A stretch of DNA of 64,000 nt from positions 1 to 64,000 of IMG/VR virus record IMGVR_UViG_3300025770_001492; one strand, 5' to 3'. Below, piece after piece: positions 17,816 through 28,395 of this stretch. The notes below the pieces were generated by a model. That model saw nothing but the letters and a program-made list of their open reading frames with translations. It was not told the origin of the DNA and ran no database searches. Position numbers and translations under genes: made by a program. The stretch's first letter is position 1. Each line of letters starts with the position of its first letter.

Positions 17816-18709
17816 TCATAAAAATAATTCTATTCTACTTTTTTTATGAAATTTTTGAAATGTGATTTTGGTTACATCAATACCTAACATATCATCTACC
17901 GCCTGTTTCAGCCTGTCTCGGTGGTTCTTCAACTTTAAAAGAGTGGCCTCTCGAATGTAACTCCGATCATGATTACGATTAATTAGTTGACATACAGCTT
18001 CTTCAACTTTCTTCTCATTTGGAGGAACTGTGATGGCAAATGCATCATCATAAAACACATCTCGTCCTCCTTTATTCTGTACACTAACAACTGGAATGCC
18101 GCATAATAAATACTCAACGCTCACAAGATTACACCCTTCCACTTCTGACAGGCATAGCCCAACCCGTGATTTGTTGATAACTTTGGCCACTTGAGAAGGA
18201 GTTAGCCTTTGATATTCCCGATTTCGATTTAGTTCATTGATCCAAATTGATTCAGGCATTGCTATGCGTAGCTCTTTTTCGTAATATAAAATTTTTGGAT
18301 AATACACCATTCCCAAATTCGGCACTCCTTTGGCTAACAAGTGGTTTTTCCATCTCATCATTCCTGCGTTATAGATAGCGTTATATTGTAAGTTTTGATT
18401 TTTAATGCAAAATGTATCAATGCTTGTATTGATGGCACTTTCGGAACACAGTATTGCTTTACGTCCGAGATTACGAACAAAATTGACTTCTTCAAAAGAA
18501 TTGCAGCAATAGATTGTGCGATCATTGGGAAAATTTTTAATTTGATCGGCTACATAGGGAGCAAACCAAGAAAAACAAACAATGTAATAGTTTTTAGAAG
18601 TATTTTTAGGATTGTGTTTTTGATAAACAACATGTATAAACTTATCTCCCACTTGGGCCGAGCCACCAACCAATCCTGTAGAAGGAATTTTGTGTTTTTT
18701 CAATATCAT
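17816..18709 (-). CDS. GT-B glycosyltransferase (GT4-like)
   Basis: SEVEGCNLVSVEYLLCGIPVVS EX7E motif. Confidence 0.75.
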   Translation of the reverse strand: MILKKHKIPSTGLVGGSAQVGDKFIHVVYQKHNPKNTSKNYYIVCFSWFAPYVADQIKNFPNDRTIYCCNSFEEVNFVRNLGRKAILCSESAINTSIDTFCIKNQNLQYNAIYNAGMMRWKNHLLAKGVPNLGMVYYPKILYYEKELRIAMPESIWINELNRNREYQRLTPSQVAKVINKSRVGLCLSEVEGCNLVSVEYLLCGIPVVSVQNKGGRDVFYDDAFAITVPPNEKKVEEAVCQLINRNHDRSYIREATLLKLKNHRDRLKQAVDDMLGIDVTKITFQKFHKKSRIELFL

Positions 18710-18749
18710 ATTTCCAATCCCCAGAATAATTAACAAAAACCTGTGCTTT

Positions 18750-19433
18750 ATGGATGTTGTAATAGTTTCAAGAACAGACGATGACAGATTAAGAGCAATG
18801 ACTCAGAACTGCATCGACACCCTTATGAAGTCAGAAGAAATCGATTTCAGGGTATTTATGATCGAAGCCAATGAAAACGTATCATACGATTGTGAGATGC
18901 TTAGACAGAGCGGAGAGATTAACTACAACCGTTGTCTGAACATGGGCTTAGAACGATGCAACTCTGAATTCATAACCTTTTGCAATAACGATCTCATCTT
19001 TATGAAGGGCTGGCTATCATCCCATCTGGATGTATTCAAGCAACGTCCCGATATTCACTCTTTATCTCCAAAATGCCACTTCTGGCATGGGGAAGAATAC
19101 TCAAAGCACACCTCTTTCACGAATGGAATCTACGAAGGATACCGCACCAAATTTGAGTTCACCGGATGGTGTTTCACAGTCAGATCCTTGGTATTTGACA
19201 AGATTGGAAGGTTCGACGAATCAGTTTCGTTTTGGTACTCAGACACCATCTTCGCTACACAGTTGAAGCGATCCCGAATGAAGCATGCATTAAACGCAAA
19301 TTCGCACGTAATTCACCTGTTCAACCAGAGTCATCACTTGTGCAATGACACAGAATTGAAAAGTTTAACGACTGGTCAGAAAGAGAATTTCGAAATGAGA
19401 AAAAAATACTTAAACTCTCCAAAGCTAATATAA
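18750..19433 (+). CDS. glycosyltransferase family 2
   Basis: NYNRCLNMG, FCNNDL, IGRFDE, WYSD. Confidence 0.8.
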   Translation: MDVVIVSRTDDDRLRAMTQNCIDTLMKSEEIDFRVFMIEANENVSYDCEMLRQSGEINYNRCLNMGLERCNSEFITFCNNDLIFMKGWLSSHLDVFKQRPDIHSLSPKCHFWHGEEYSKHTSFTNGIYEGYRTKFEFTGWCFTVRSLVFDKIGRFDESVSFWYSDTIFATQLKRSRMKHALNANSHVIHLFNQSHHLCNDTELKSLTTGQKENFEMRKKYLNSPKLI

Positions 19434-19436
19434 ATA
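19429..19436 (+). promoter_or_regulatory. TATAAATA late-promoter-like box
   Basis: Exact T4-type late box 10 nt before the ATG. Confidence 0.4.
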
Positions 19437-19445
19437 CATTCACTC

Positions 19446-19970
19446 ATGTTTGAATCCATAAAGCAATACCAAAACATAATCGTCACCGGCCCGCAGAGGT
19501 CAGGAACACGCATTGGAGCCAACATCATCGCATGGGATCAAAGTCGAAAGTACGTTGACGAACAAGACATCGGAATACAGAGCATTTCAAAACTAACAGA
19601 TTTCATATATTCTACAGAAAAGACATGCATTCAAGCACCCCGACTGTCTTGTTGCTGTCATCTTTTGGACTTCCGATCAACAGCAGTCGTATTCATGATC
19701 AGAGACACATCAGAAATCGAGGCATCTCAGAAAAGGATTGATTGGAAGCATGAAGAACAGGAGTTGAATTGTTACTTTCGAAAAGAAGGCCCAATTGCTC
19801 CGATCAAGTACGAAGTGTGGAACCAATTTCAGAAGCCCATTATGAAGTTGCCATTTCTTGAAGTCGAATACGCATCCCTTTCAAACCATAGATTGTGGGC
19901 GAACAAGAGGGATCGCACAAACTTTCAGTGGAATCAAACGAAAACCAAAGCTACTAAGTTGTTGCAATGA
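19446..19970 (+). CDS. sulfotransferase-like P-loop protein
   Basis: TGPQRSGT, VFMIRD, EVEYASL. Confidence 0.65.
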   Translation: MFESIKQYQNIIVTGPQRSGTRIGANIIAWDQSRKYVDEQDIGIQSISKLTDFIYSTEKTCIQAPRLSCCCHLLDFRSTAVVFMIRDTSEIEASQKRIDWKHEEQELNCYFRKEGPIAPIKYEVWNQFQKPIMKLPFLEVEYASLSNHRLWANKRDRTNFQWNQTKTKATKLLQ

Positions 19971-20716
19971 TCAAGATATCGAAAAAAAACAAAAAAAACG
20001 GCTATTTCTACATAGCTCACGGAGAGAAACACGTCCTTGAAGCTGTCAAGTCACTCAAGAGCATCAAAAAGTTCGAGCCGGACAGTCACGCCACAATTGT
20101 CACAGATTCCAAAGACAGTCTCGATCCATTTGACCTGATAATCAACAGGCCAAATATGGGAGGGTATAAGAGCAAGGTGGAGTACATGAACCTGACTCCA
20201 TACGAGAAGACGTTGTTCCTCGATGCAGACACGTTCATCTGCGGCAGTTGCGATGAGCTATTCGAGATGCTTGATTACTTTGACATCTGCATGGCGCAGG
20301 CTCCCGCAGAAATTGAACTAAAGCACTTCAAGCCGCCTCATAAACCAATTGCTGGGTGTGTCCCATGCAACACTGGCGTGATCTTGTACTCGAAAAACAG
20401 AACCAAAGACTTCTTAGAACTCGTCTCAAAAAGCTACGCATGCGCACCAGATGGCTTCTACAAAAACCACCCGAACAAACACAAGTCAGAACAACTTTGC
20501 TTTCAATACGCACTGATGCATTCGTCAGTCAGATTTTACGTCATTCCAAGCATCTGGAATATGAGAACAGACTTCTTCGTAAACATCAAAGGGGCAGTGA
20601 AAATCGTTCATGGCCGAGGCCCAAAATTCGAAGCTGCGATCAAGAACGTAAATAGAAACACACGAAACAGATGCTGGCATCCGCAAAGAATGGATATAGT
20701 ACGAACAATGAAATGA
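19967..20716 (+). CDS. GT8-like nucleotide-diphospho-sugar transferase
   Basis: LFLDADT, NTGVILY, SEQ, WNMR. Confidence 0.7.
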   Translation: MIKISKKNKKNGYFYIAHGEKHVLEAVKSLKSIKKFEPDSHATIVTDSKDSLDPFDLIINRPNMGGYKSKVEYMNLTPYEKTLFLDADTFICGSCDELFEMLDYFDICMAQAPAEIELKHFKPPHKPIAGCVPCNTGVILYSKNRTKDFLELVSKSYACAPDGFYKNHPNKHKSEQLCFQYALMHSSVRFYVIPSIWNMRTDFFVNIKGAVKIVHGRGPKFEAAIKNVNRNTRNRCWHPQRMDIVRTMK

Positions 20717-20748
20717 TCAAATACGAAATATGGGATTTCCACAGTCGT

Positions 20749-21546
20749 TTAAATGAATGTCTTCCGCAAGGGGGCATGGCTTGAAACTGACTTCATCCAT
20801 AATTGATCTTCTATGTCGAAAATTATATTTTTTGTATTTTCATCTATTTCTGAGTTTGAAAAAATATCTAATGACCTTCCCATGTCTATCATTGTAATAT
20901 CTTTACCGAATAGCTTATAAATAAACCAAAATGACATCATTTCCCCACATTGAAAGATTATAATTGATTTTTCTTCTTCTTTTTTCAAATCAAAAAGTAT
21001 GTCATTTTTATATTTTTCTATGGTGTTCAATTCAACAACTATATGTTTAAAATTTCTAAACCCACAAAAGCTTCCAACATCAGAAAGATGCTTCATTCCA
21101 ACTAAAACAACACGTTTTCCGCCAATGCATTTCATGAAATTCATAAAACTTTTTTGAATACAAAATGATTTCCACATTTGTCCATAATATAATTTTTCGT
21201 TTATGTCAATATGTTTCTCCAATTGACTAATTACTGATTTTTCACTTCCTATTTTTACACCTTCTTTTACATTAGGCACAATTGGAGGCCCGTGACTAGA
21301 AATTCCTAACATAAAATTTTCATCATTAGGCAAATTTTTCAACATAGACACACATTCTTCGATTGTTTCAGCTTTGTGTATCTTTTCAAATATGCCCAAC
21401 CAAGGCTGATCTTTATTTAACATTTGCCAAAACGCATGATTTAATTTCGCAAAAGAAAAAGATGTATTAAGTTGTATTTTTTCAATAAAAAAATCAACTT
21501 CTGGTAACAGTAGTTCATAATTTGACAAGTTGAATCTAAACATCAT
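20749..21546 (-). CDS. hypothetical protein, possibly GT-D fold
   Basis: SFAKLN start and DMGRSLD end loosely resemble GT-D; glycan cluster context. Confidence 0.35.
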   Translation of the reverse strand: MMFRFNLSNYELLLPEVDFFIEKIQLNTSFSFAKLNHAFWQMLNKDQPWLGIFEKIHKAETIEECVSMLKNLPNDENFMLGISSHGPPIVPNVKEGVKIGSEKSVISQLEKHIDINEKLYYGQMWKSFCIQKSFMNFMKCIGGKRVVLVGMKHLSDVGSFCGFRNFKHIVVELNTIEKYKNDILFDLKKEEEKSIIIFQCGEMMSFWFIYKLFGKDITMIDMGRSLDIFSNSEIDENTKNIIFDIEDQLWMKSVSSHAPLRKTFI

Positions 21547-21589
21547 GGTCCTTATTTGCTTTTTGCCCTATAAAATAGTATATATTAAC

Positions 21590-22918
21590 ATGAAAATTGG
21601 AATTGGAATATCTTGCTACAACAGGAGCAACATCGTAAGAGAAAGTTGCCGCACATTGCTAAACTTTAAAAAAAAATACAAAATAATCGTTTCTGACGAT
21701 GGATCGAGTGAAAACCAACAAACATATGGCATTCCAATTATTCATGGCAAAAACATGGGAGTAGCAATTAACAAAAATCGCCTACTCTATCACTTAAGAG
21801 ATTGTGATTACATATTTTTGCTAGAAGATGATGTTCGTATTAAAAACATGGAATTCATTGAAAAATTCATAGAATTAAACAAAAAAAATGGATGTAGTTT
21901 CTTGTCTTATGGACCAATAGAAACTTGGAATTTTTGGAAAATTTTAAAAAAAGAAAAAGGATTCATAGAATATAAAACATCAAAAAACACAAATCCAAAA
22001 CTTTTCTACACACCAGGAAGTTTCACCGCTTTAACAAAACAATCATTAGAAAAAGTAGGTGGTCTTAATTCAAGATTCAAAGGATTGGGAATGGAACACA
22101 TGGAGTGGTCTATGAGGTTTGAAAGACAAAAAATGAGCATGGATTCAAAGCACATTTACAAAACACTAGACCTGAAGAATTCTTTAGAATTTTACAATGT
22201 AAAACGAAATAAAAGAGACATAAATCAATGTAAAAAAAATGAAAAACTATATTACGAATTAATTGAATCACCACATATTAAAAATACTGACTACCTAAGC
22301 AGGAAGGACCTATACTTTAAGCCAAGAGTATATGGAATAGGCATGTCCAAAACCGGCACCAATAGTTTAACAGAAGCATTAAGAATTTTGAACATACCTT
22401 GTGAACATTTTCCAATAGACCAAAGATTCTTGGAAAGCTTAAACAAACAAAATACTAATGCTTTTGACTTTCACCAAAGCATAACAGATATAACAACCAT
22501 ACCATTCATAGAAAAACTTTCGAATCATTACCCCGAATCTAAATTCATACTCACAACTAGAGAAGAAAAATCTTGGATTAGATCTATCAAACATCATTGG
22601 GAAAAAGGGCACGAGCTTTCTCCAATTGGAAAGAACTTTGAAAAAATGCACCCTTTAACTAAAAGGCTGCTGAAAGATGTTTATGGAAGAACTTCATTTG
22701 ATGAAGAGCACTTTCTTAAAAAGTATAGATTGCACACAAAAACCGTCAATGATTTATTCCAAGCAAAAATCCACAGTAAAAGATTAATCAACATGAATAT
22801 AGTCGAAGGAGATGGATGGGTGAAATTATGTAAATTTTTAGAAATTAAAACATTGCCAATTAAAAATTTTCCTTTCAAAGGATCGTCTAAAAAATCTTAT
22901 TTTAAAAAATTCATGTAA
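21590..22918 (+). CDS. GT2-sulfotransferase fusion
   Basis: SDDGS and LLEDD, then GIGMSKTGTNSL, ILTTRE, GDGWVKLCKFL. Confidence 0.82.
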   Translation: MKIGIGISCYNRSNIVRESCRTLLNFKKKYKIIVSDDGSSENQQTYGIPIIHGKNMGVAINKNRLLYHLRDCDYIFLLEDDVRIKNMEFIEKFIELNKKNGCSFLSYGPIETWNFWKILKKEKGFIEYKTSKNTNPKLFYTPGSFTALTKQSLEKVGGLNSRFKGLGMEHMEWSMRFERQKMSMDSKHIYKTLDLKNSLEFYNVKRNKRDINQCKKNEKLYYELIESPHIKNTDYLSRKDLYFKPRVYGIGMSKTGTNSLTEALRILNIPCEHFPIDQRFLESLNKQNTNAFDFHQSITDITTIPFIEKLSNHYPESKFILTTREEKSWIRSIKHHWEKGHELSPIGKNFEKMHPLTKRLLKDVYGRTSFDEEHFLKKYRLHTKTVNDLFQAKIHSKRLINMNIVEGDGWVKLCKFLEIKTLPIKNFPFKGSSKKSYFKKFM

Positions 22919-22933
22919 TTCTTCTATTTTAAT

Positions 22934-23704
22934 TCATATAAACTTAAACTTAGATTTAAACTTTATTTCCCTTAAACAAAGTTTTTTAAAATTAATATCT
23001 ATTCCCGTATAGTGAACTGATTGTTTCTTGACCACATCTAATTTAGAAATTGAAGCCCTTTGAACAGAAACATCAGTAAAAGTTTTCATTTTCATTTTAT
23101 TTTCAGAAATATAAACTGAAATTGGCAATTCATCGCTATCGGCCCACCTGTTTTGAGACATAATTAATTCTCTATCAGAGAAATACCTTTCATGAATTTC
23201 ACAAAGCCTTTCATAGAGTTCTTTAGAGGGCTTTTTCACCCAAATAATCCCAGCGTTGTAATGGCAATCAATCGGCACGGGTAGCTTTTCTTTTGCAAGA
23301 GATTGAACATCATATTTCCGAGACTTCTGATATAGATTAAATTCATGGTCTGTTTCAAGATGCAGCTTTCCAAATGGCTTAAAAAAAATTATATCATTAT
23401 CAACATACATGGCACTTTCAGACAATAAACCAAATACCTTCAACTTACTGACATGATTAGATTCCATGTCCGAAAAACAATGTATTTGCAGCCTATCGTC
23501 TTTTCGATTCTTGTCATTGGTTATAAGATGTATAGTCGCCAAAGGATACATGTTTTTAATTTGTTCAATCTGTTGTTGAAACAGAAGTTCTTGCACCTTG
23601 TCCCATTCATCCATGCACATCGAACTAAAATTATCTTTCACATGTTTTGGCATATTGTCAAAAACTTCCCTTTTATATCTTATTAAAATGAAATTGTCTA
23701 TCAT
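22934..23704 (-). CDS. GT8-like glycosyltransferase
   Basis: YVDND, YNAGII, DSDE. Confidence 0.6.
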   Translation of the reverse strand: MIDNFILIRYKREVFDNMPKHVKDNFSSMCMDEWDKVQELLFQQQIEQIKNMYPLATIHLITNDKNRKDDRLQIHCFSDMESNHVSKLKVFGLLSESAMYVDNDIIFFKPFGKLHLETDHEFNLYQKSRKYDVQSLAKEKLPVPIDCHYNAGIIWVKKPSKELYERLCEIHERYFSDRELIMSQNRWADSDELPISVYISENKMKMKTFTDVSVQRASISKLDVVKKQSVHYTGIDINFKKLCLREIKFKSKFKFI

Positions 23705-24467
23705 ATATTTCCTTTATAATAACTACTGCATCGTCAACATCGATTGAATCAATATCGCCAGAACTTATTCCTTCATCTATTATTTCGTAAGGATAACCAT
23801 CTCTTTCTATTTTAGAAATGCTTCCTTTGCCAAAAAATTTAATTATTGCTTCTGCCAAGATCATGCAATCAATAACTTTTTCATAAGAGCAATCTATGTT
23901 GCCTGACGGTTTAAGCTCTAAATCTGCACAAGCTTTTGCAGCTTCATCAATTGTAATGAAAAATTTCTTCTTAGGCTCACCAGAAAACAAAAATACTTCA
24001 ATTGGATCGCCACGAATTACAGAATTTATCCATTTTTCAACTATAGATTCCTCAGACCCCCAAACCGTTGGAAACCTAACAATATTAACAATTGTGTCGT
24101 TTACTTTTTCCAACCCCAATTGTTCCATCATGTATTTACTTGCCCCATATGGTTTGTGCCATGCAAGCAAAGCCTCTGTACTGCTAATCAGCTTTACAGG
24201 GATTCTAAGATTAGCAGCCTCTTCTAAAACAATTTTTGAACCAATGATGTTTGTTTCAACTATTTTTGAAATAGTACTTCCTCTTTTCTCAGCCGCCATA
24301 TGAATAACATAATCTGAGTTTTTAAAAACTTCTTTCACCTGCGGACGGTTTTCTACACTTAAGCCAACACTCTTAGAGAATGAAATTATTTCCTTTTTCT
24401 GTCCAGCTAATATTTCACAAACTTTTTTACCTATACTTCCTGTAGAACCAGTAATAACGATTTTCAT
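23673..24467 (-). CDS. NAD-dependent nucleotide-sugar epimerase/dehydratase (PseB/CapD-like)
   Basis: ITGSTGSIG, HMAAEK, YGASK, RFPTVWGS. Confidence 0.8.
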   Translation of the reverse strand: MKIVITGSTGSIGKKVCEILAGQKKEIISFSKSVGLSVENRPQVKEVFKNSDYVIHMAAEKRGSTISKIVETNIIGSKIVLEEAANLRIPVKLISSTEALLAWHKPYGASKYMMEQLGLEKVNDTIVNIVRFPTVWGSEESIVEKWINSVIRGDPIEVFLFSGEPKKKFFITIDEAAKACADLELKPSGNIDCSYEKVIDCMILAEAIIKFFGKGSISKIERDGYPYEIIDEGISSGDIDSIDVDDAVVIIKEIYDRQFHFNKI

Positions 24468-24495
24468 AAATTTTCCTTTTCTAAATTGGCAAAAA

Positions 24496-25446
24496 CTATA
24501 TTAATGAATTTTCCGCCAGAAAGCATCGCCGTAAAAAATCGAGGGCATCCTGATCTTTTTCAGTAGTTGATGTACACAGAAGCCAATCGTTAATGACTTT
24601 AGTGATCGACCTCATATCATCTTCGTCATATCGGTAGTCGCACACAACTGAGAGTATCACCGATGAAAGCGGGTGGCCATTGTCCCAGTGAATCGGGAAG
24701 TACATTTTCTCTTCAAACAATCGACGTTGCAGTTCATCTCTGTTGTTTACAATGATCGGGAATGCCAGCGGAACAACCCCATCGGTCAGCGGACCCATCA
24801 GCGATATAGAACTTAGCTCTTCGTACAGGACTTCGTAATTTCTTCTTTGTTTCTCTGTGTCAAATTTCTGCAACCTAATTTTTGAGTCTTCACTCATTGA
24901 GTACATCCCAATCGGCTGCATTTTTTTCCACGATTGGAAAAAGGGCCTCCAATTCTCGACCGTTCGCATTTGATATCCAACTGAAGACACTTCTTCGCAT
25001 GGCTCTAAATCAAGCGAATCACAATTCTGCAACACGCCTCCATCTGGAAGCCCAAGTTGTTTTGTTAAGCTGAAGAACCTATAGTCAACTTTGTCGTTGC
25101 GCACGGAAAAAATTCCATGACTCACATCTTCTACCACAATGGCTCTACGATCCTTTGCCCAGTCAACCATCTTGTCGTTAATGGGAAATCCAAAGTAAGA
25201 AATCAAGATGAAAACATCTCCAGGCAGGACATGATCTTGAACAAGCGGTTTCACCTTTGACGAAACACGCATGCTCGGACAGTGGTATGGTGGAAGCCAG
25301 ATGTTTCGTGGCTTTAACATCTTATCAAGAGCGTAAATGCACGATCTTCCGTTGACCATGTAGATCGCATTTTCGAATTCGATTGGATCTCTGGCCACCT
25401 CGGCTAGGCGATGAATGCCGCCTATAAATTTGGAATATCTCGACAT
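24496..25446 (-). CDS. DegT/DnrJ/EryC1/StrS-like PLP aminotransferase
   Basis: EDVSH, SLTKQLGLPDGG. Confidence 0.7.
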   Translation of the reverse strand: MSRYSKFIGGIHRLAEVARDPIEFENAIYMVNGRSCIYALDKMLKPRNIWLPPYHCPSMRVSSKVKPLVQDHVLPGDVFILISYFGFPINDKMVDWAKDRRAIVVEDVSHGIFSVRNDKVDYRFFSLTKQLGLPDGGVLQNCDSLDLEPCEEVSSVGYQMRTVENWRPFFQSWKKMQPIGMYSMSEDSKIRLQKFDTEKQRRNYEVLYEELSSISLMGPLTDGVVPLAFPIIVNNRDELQRRLFEEKMYFPIHWDNGHPLSSVILSVVCDYRYDEDDMRSITKVINDWLLCTSTTEKDQDALDFLRRCFLAENSLI

Positions 25447-26585
25447 GGTGATCGACCTTTAATGTCTTCAACAAGCTTCGACAAATTTGATCGGTTTTCA
25501 GCAAGTGCTATTAAGTAACTGTGACGAAGGTTGTCTGGGTTGTGGTGAAAATCTTGAGAAACGTGACTTATCCACTCAAAAATTCCTGGAACTTCGAATT
25601 CAGGCATCGAGGTCGGATATTCGTGCTCTTGAAAAAATTGCAACAACGCACTTCTCTTATGTACAAGCTCTGGCAGTGACACTACTTCGCCTTTGAGTGA
25701 TCGGTGAAGAGCATCATACAGATTAATTCCGCTAACCCACGGAACAATGTGAGAAGAGATTTTGAACCCACCACCTCTGCATCCGATCTCTAACAACTTG
25801 AATTTGCCGTCGTCCAGTACGTACTCTGCATGGGTTATTCCAAATTTCAATCCAGAATTCTCAACGAACTTATTATTAGCCTCAATTAGACCTTCAGGAG
25901 GATCATGCGGCCACAGTATATAAGGAAGCATTGGAACCTGTCGGGCGGTCCATGATCTATGAATAAGCCCGCAAGAAACGCTAGAGTGTTTTCCATTGGA
26001 ACACAATCCCTCTACAACCAATTGCCATTCACCCTTTGCATACTCTTGCAATATCAACTTTTTATTCCGAGAACGTGCTAAGGACCGTGCGAAAAAGCTT
26101 CTTAGTTCATCTTCCGAATTAACCAAGAATACTCCCTTGCTCGCTGATGAATCAACAGGCTTCAGCACAGCAGGGTATCCCAATTTTTCTGCCGCTTTGA
26201 CCGCTTCTTCGAGCGAGTATGCAACTTTCGATCTCAAGCACGGTATGCCTAGTGAGTTTGCAAGTTCCCAGCATTTGAATTTATCAGAAAAACGAATGAC
26301 TGCCTCAATGTCATTGCACGGAAGGCCAAGCTCTTTAGACAGCATGGTTGCAGGAACGACAGCAACGTCTGATTGGTCAGTCACAACAAATTCTAGATCG
26401 AGGCCAGAAATGCTTTCCTTGATTCCCTCAATATCAAAGATGTCCTTTTGAATGTGATGAGCTAGTTTCGTTGTTTCTGTTTCGACAGGGTTGACGACAT
26501 GAACACTATAGTGCTTCAACATGTATTCAACCAGTGGCTTTTGCCACAAGCTGCCTGCAATTACTAATACGTCCTTCATAATCAC
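25422..26585 (-). CDS. ATP-grasp ligase
   Basis: DKFKC, GYPAVLKPVDSSASKGV, LQEY, HAEY, LEIGCRGGG. Confidence 0.85.
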   Translation of the reverse strand: MIMKDVLVIAGSLWQKPLVEYMLKHYSVHVVNPVETETTKLAHHIQKDIFDIEGIKESISGLDLEFVVTDQSDVAVVPATMLSKELGLPCNDIEAVIRFSDKFKCWELANSLGIPCLRSKVAYSLEEAVKAAEKLGYPAVLKPVDSSASKGVFLVNSEDELRSFFARSLARSRNKKLILQEYAKGEWQLVVEGLCSNGKHSSVSCGLIHRSWTARQVPMLPYILWPHDPPEGLIEANNKFVENSGLKFGITHAEYVLDDGKFKLLEIGCRGGGFKISSHIVPWVSGINLYDALHRSLKGEVVSLPELVHKRSALLQFFQEHEYPTSMPEFEVPGIFEWISHVSQDFHHNPDNLRHSYLIALAENRSNLSKLVEDIKGRSPCRDIPNL

Positions 26586-26599
26586 AACCTCAATGTGTT

Positions 26600-27370
26600 C
26601 TACAAATTATATTGTCCCGACTGCCACTTGGAAGGATCATCTTCTGTGTTATTCATGCTGCGACAATTCCATCCAAATCTACCATTGATCAAATCGGACG
26701 ATGTGGGCAAGTACTTAGAGTATGCCCTGCACAGATCAATTGGCTGCTTCAAAAAAGCCAATTGAAATCGCATCACCATCATTGGGCGTGAATCCAAAGT
26801 TGATTTGCCAGCACGATGAATTACAGATGAATCCATCACAAATACACTCCCTGCAACTCCTGTCATAGAGACCGCATGCTTCTCACAGAACTCTTGACTT
26901 GGATGAGATTCAAACAAATGCGTTCCAGGAACCACCTCTGTTGCGCCGCTCTTCACTGTGGCGTCTACCAAAGGAATCATGATGTGAATTGAGCAACGCC
27001 TTCTTTCGAGTGACGGGAAATCCCTATGAAATTTATTTCTGACAAGGTTTGAATCTTGATTGGCAGTGTTGAGCATGCCGAAAAAGTCGTGAATGATCGC
27101 TTGTTCGTTGAGACTTGCGTTGACGATGTCGTTTAACCAGTCAGATTTGATGAGATCTAGATATGGCTGCTTGAAACTAATTAAGTTGCGAACAATGTCG
27201 TACCGACCTATACGTCTCAACTCCTCTTCTCCAAAACGATCTATTTCTTGATTTTTTCGAAAAATCATATCGTTCTTGAACCATGCAATTTCTTCATCCG
27301 ACAGCCGAAAATCATCGATTATCGAATAGCCTCGGACATTTAGTTCTTCGATCAGAAATGTGTTTTCCAT
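26600..27370 (-). CDS. phytanoyl-CoA dioxygenase (PhyH)-like 2OG-Fe(II) oxygenase
   Basis: FHRD, GATEVVPGTH, IHRAG, R. Confidence 0.82.
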   Translation of the reverse strand: MENTFLIEELNVRGYSIIDDFRLSDEEIAWFKNDMIFRKNQEIDRFGEEELRRIGRYDIVRNLISFKQPYLDLIKSDWLNDIVNASLNEQAIIHDFFGMLNTANQDSNLVRNKFHRDFPSLERRRCSIHIMIPLVDATVKSGATEVVPGTHLFESHPSQEFCEKHAVSMTGVAGSVFVMDSSVIHRAGKSTLDSRPMMVMRFQLAFLKQPIDLCRAYSKYLPTSSDLINGRFGWNCRSMNNTEDDPSKWQSGQYNL

Positions 27371-27450
27371 AATGAGAATAGAGTATGCCAAATTTTAAAA
27401 CAAATTTTAAAACAAGTTTTTCATTTCGTTCTCTTACGCAACTACAATAT

Positions 27451-28083
27451 TCATTTGTAAACCTCATACTTTGAAAGATCTGGATAATCTGGAATTAGAG
27501 TTTTCTTTAATCCTTTAATATCGTGCATCAACAGCAGTCCTCTTGCTGCTTGCTCTGGAGTCATATACATGTTCCAGCCAAGCATGTCGAAGCTATCTTC
27601 CATAATAGGCTTATTGTTTCTTCCGCAGTAACGAGCTTTTCTGAACCAATCAACGGAATTTTCATCGTTCGTTAAGATCATCCCTCCTTTGCCGATATTG
27701 ATTGGCTTAGTTGCGCTAAAAGAAATGCACATATATTTTCTGGACAAATCGTCTCCACGGCATAGTGGCGACGGGTGGTTAAACATGTCTTTTAAAAAAT
27801 AATGGGCGGCATCATATATTGGATAAGGTTTCAACCTGTAATAACCGCCAAATCTCCACTCGACATCTTCAAAACCAACCTTTCCTCCTGCATTAATAAT
27901 AGCACACGGCACAGAAGGATACGTTCTACTTGGAATTGTGACTTCGCCAATTTTTAAGTATTTACAACTTAGGAACAGCGCATTAGTACAGTTGTCCACA
28001 GCCACAGCAAATTTACTCCCAGCAAATTCTGCGACTCTTTTTTCAAATTCTTCAACTATTTTATAGGCGTTTAATGAGTTCAT
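27451..28083 (-). CDS. short DegT/DnrJ family aminotransferase
   Basis: AVAVDNCTNAL, YDAAH, SFSATKPINIGKGG; only 210 aa. Confidence 0.8.
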   Translation of the reverse strand: MNSLNAYKIVEEFEKRVAEFAGSKFAVAVDNCTNALFLSCKYLKIGEVTIPSRTYPSVPCAIINAGGKVGFEDVEWRFGGYYRLKPYPIYDAAHYFLKDMFNHPSPLCRGDDLSRKYMCISFSATKPINIGKGGMILTNDENSVDWFRKARYCGRNNKPIMEDSFDMLGWNMYMTPEQAARGLLLMHDIKGLKKTLIPDYPDLSKYEVYK

Positions 28084-28118
28084 TTGTGTCCTTCAACGCA
28101 TTGTACAAGAGCAAACAT

Positions 28119-28149
28119 AAAAAAACAACCTGCCTTGCGGCAGGTTGTT
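28119..28149 (-). terminator. rho-independent terminator
   Basis: AACAACCTGCC/GGCAGGTTGTT with A-run. Confidence 0.75.
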
Positions 28150-28200
28150 CGTCTCAAATCATATGTAATCATTCTCAGAAAGTATCTGAGGTAAGCAAGA

Positions 28201-28353
28201 TTAGAATAATCGTTGTTTACAAACGGTAATGGCAGCAACATAAGCTCCGCCGAGTGGATTACACTGTTGATTCAGCTTTGGGCAATTTGGATAAAACAAT
28301 CTCCAAGTAACATTGGCATAAGTTCCATCAGCCTTTTTACATTTAAGTGTCAT
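28201..28353 (-). CDS. small Cys-containing peptide (50 aa)
   Basis: Manual translation MTLKCKKADGTYANVTWRLFYPNCPKLNQQCNPLGGAYVAAITVCKQRLF; SD AAGGAG. Confidence 0.6.
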   Translation of the reverse strand: MTLKCKKADGTYANVTWRLFYPNCPKLNQQCNPLGGAYVAAITVCKQRLF

Positions 28354-28395
28354 AATCTTTTCTCCTTAAAAGAGTTAAACTATATTATTTAGAGT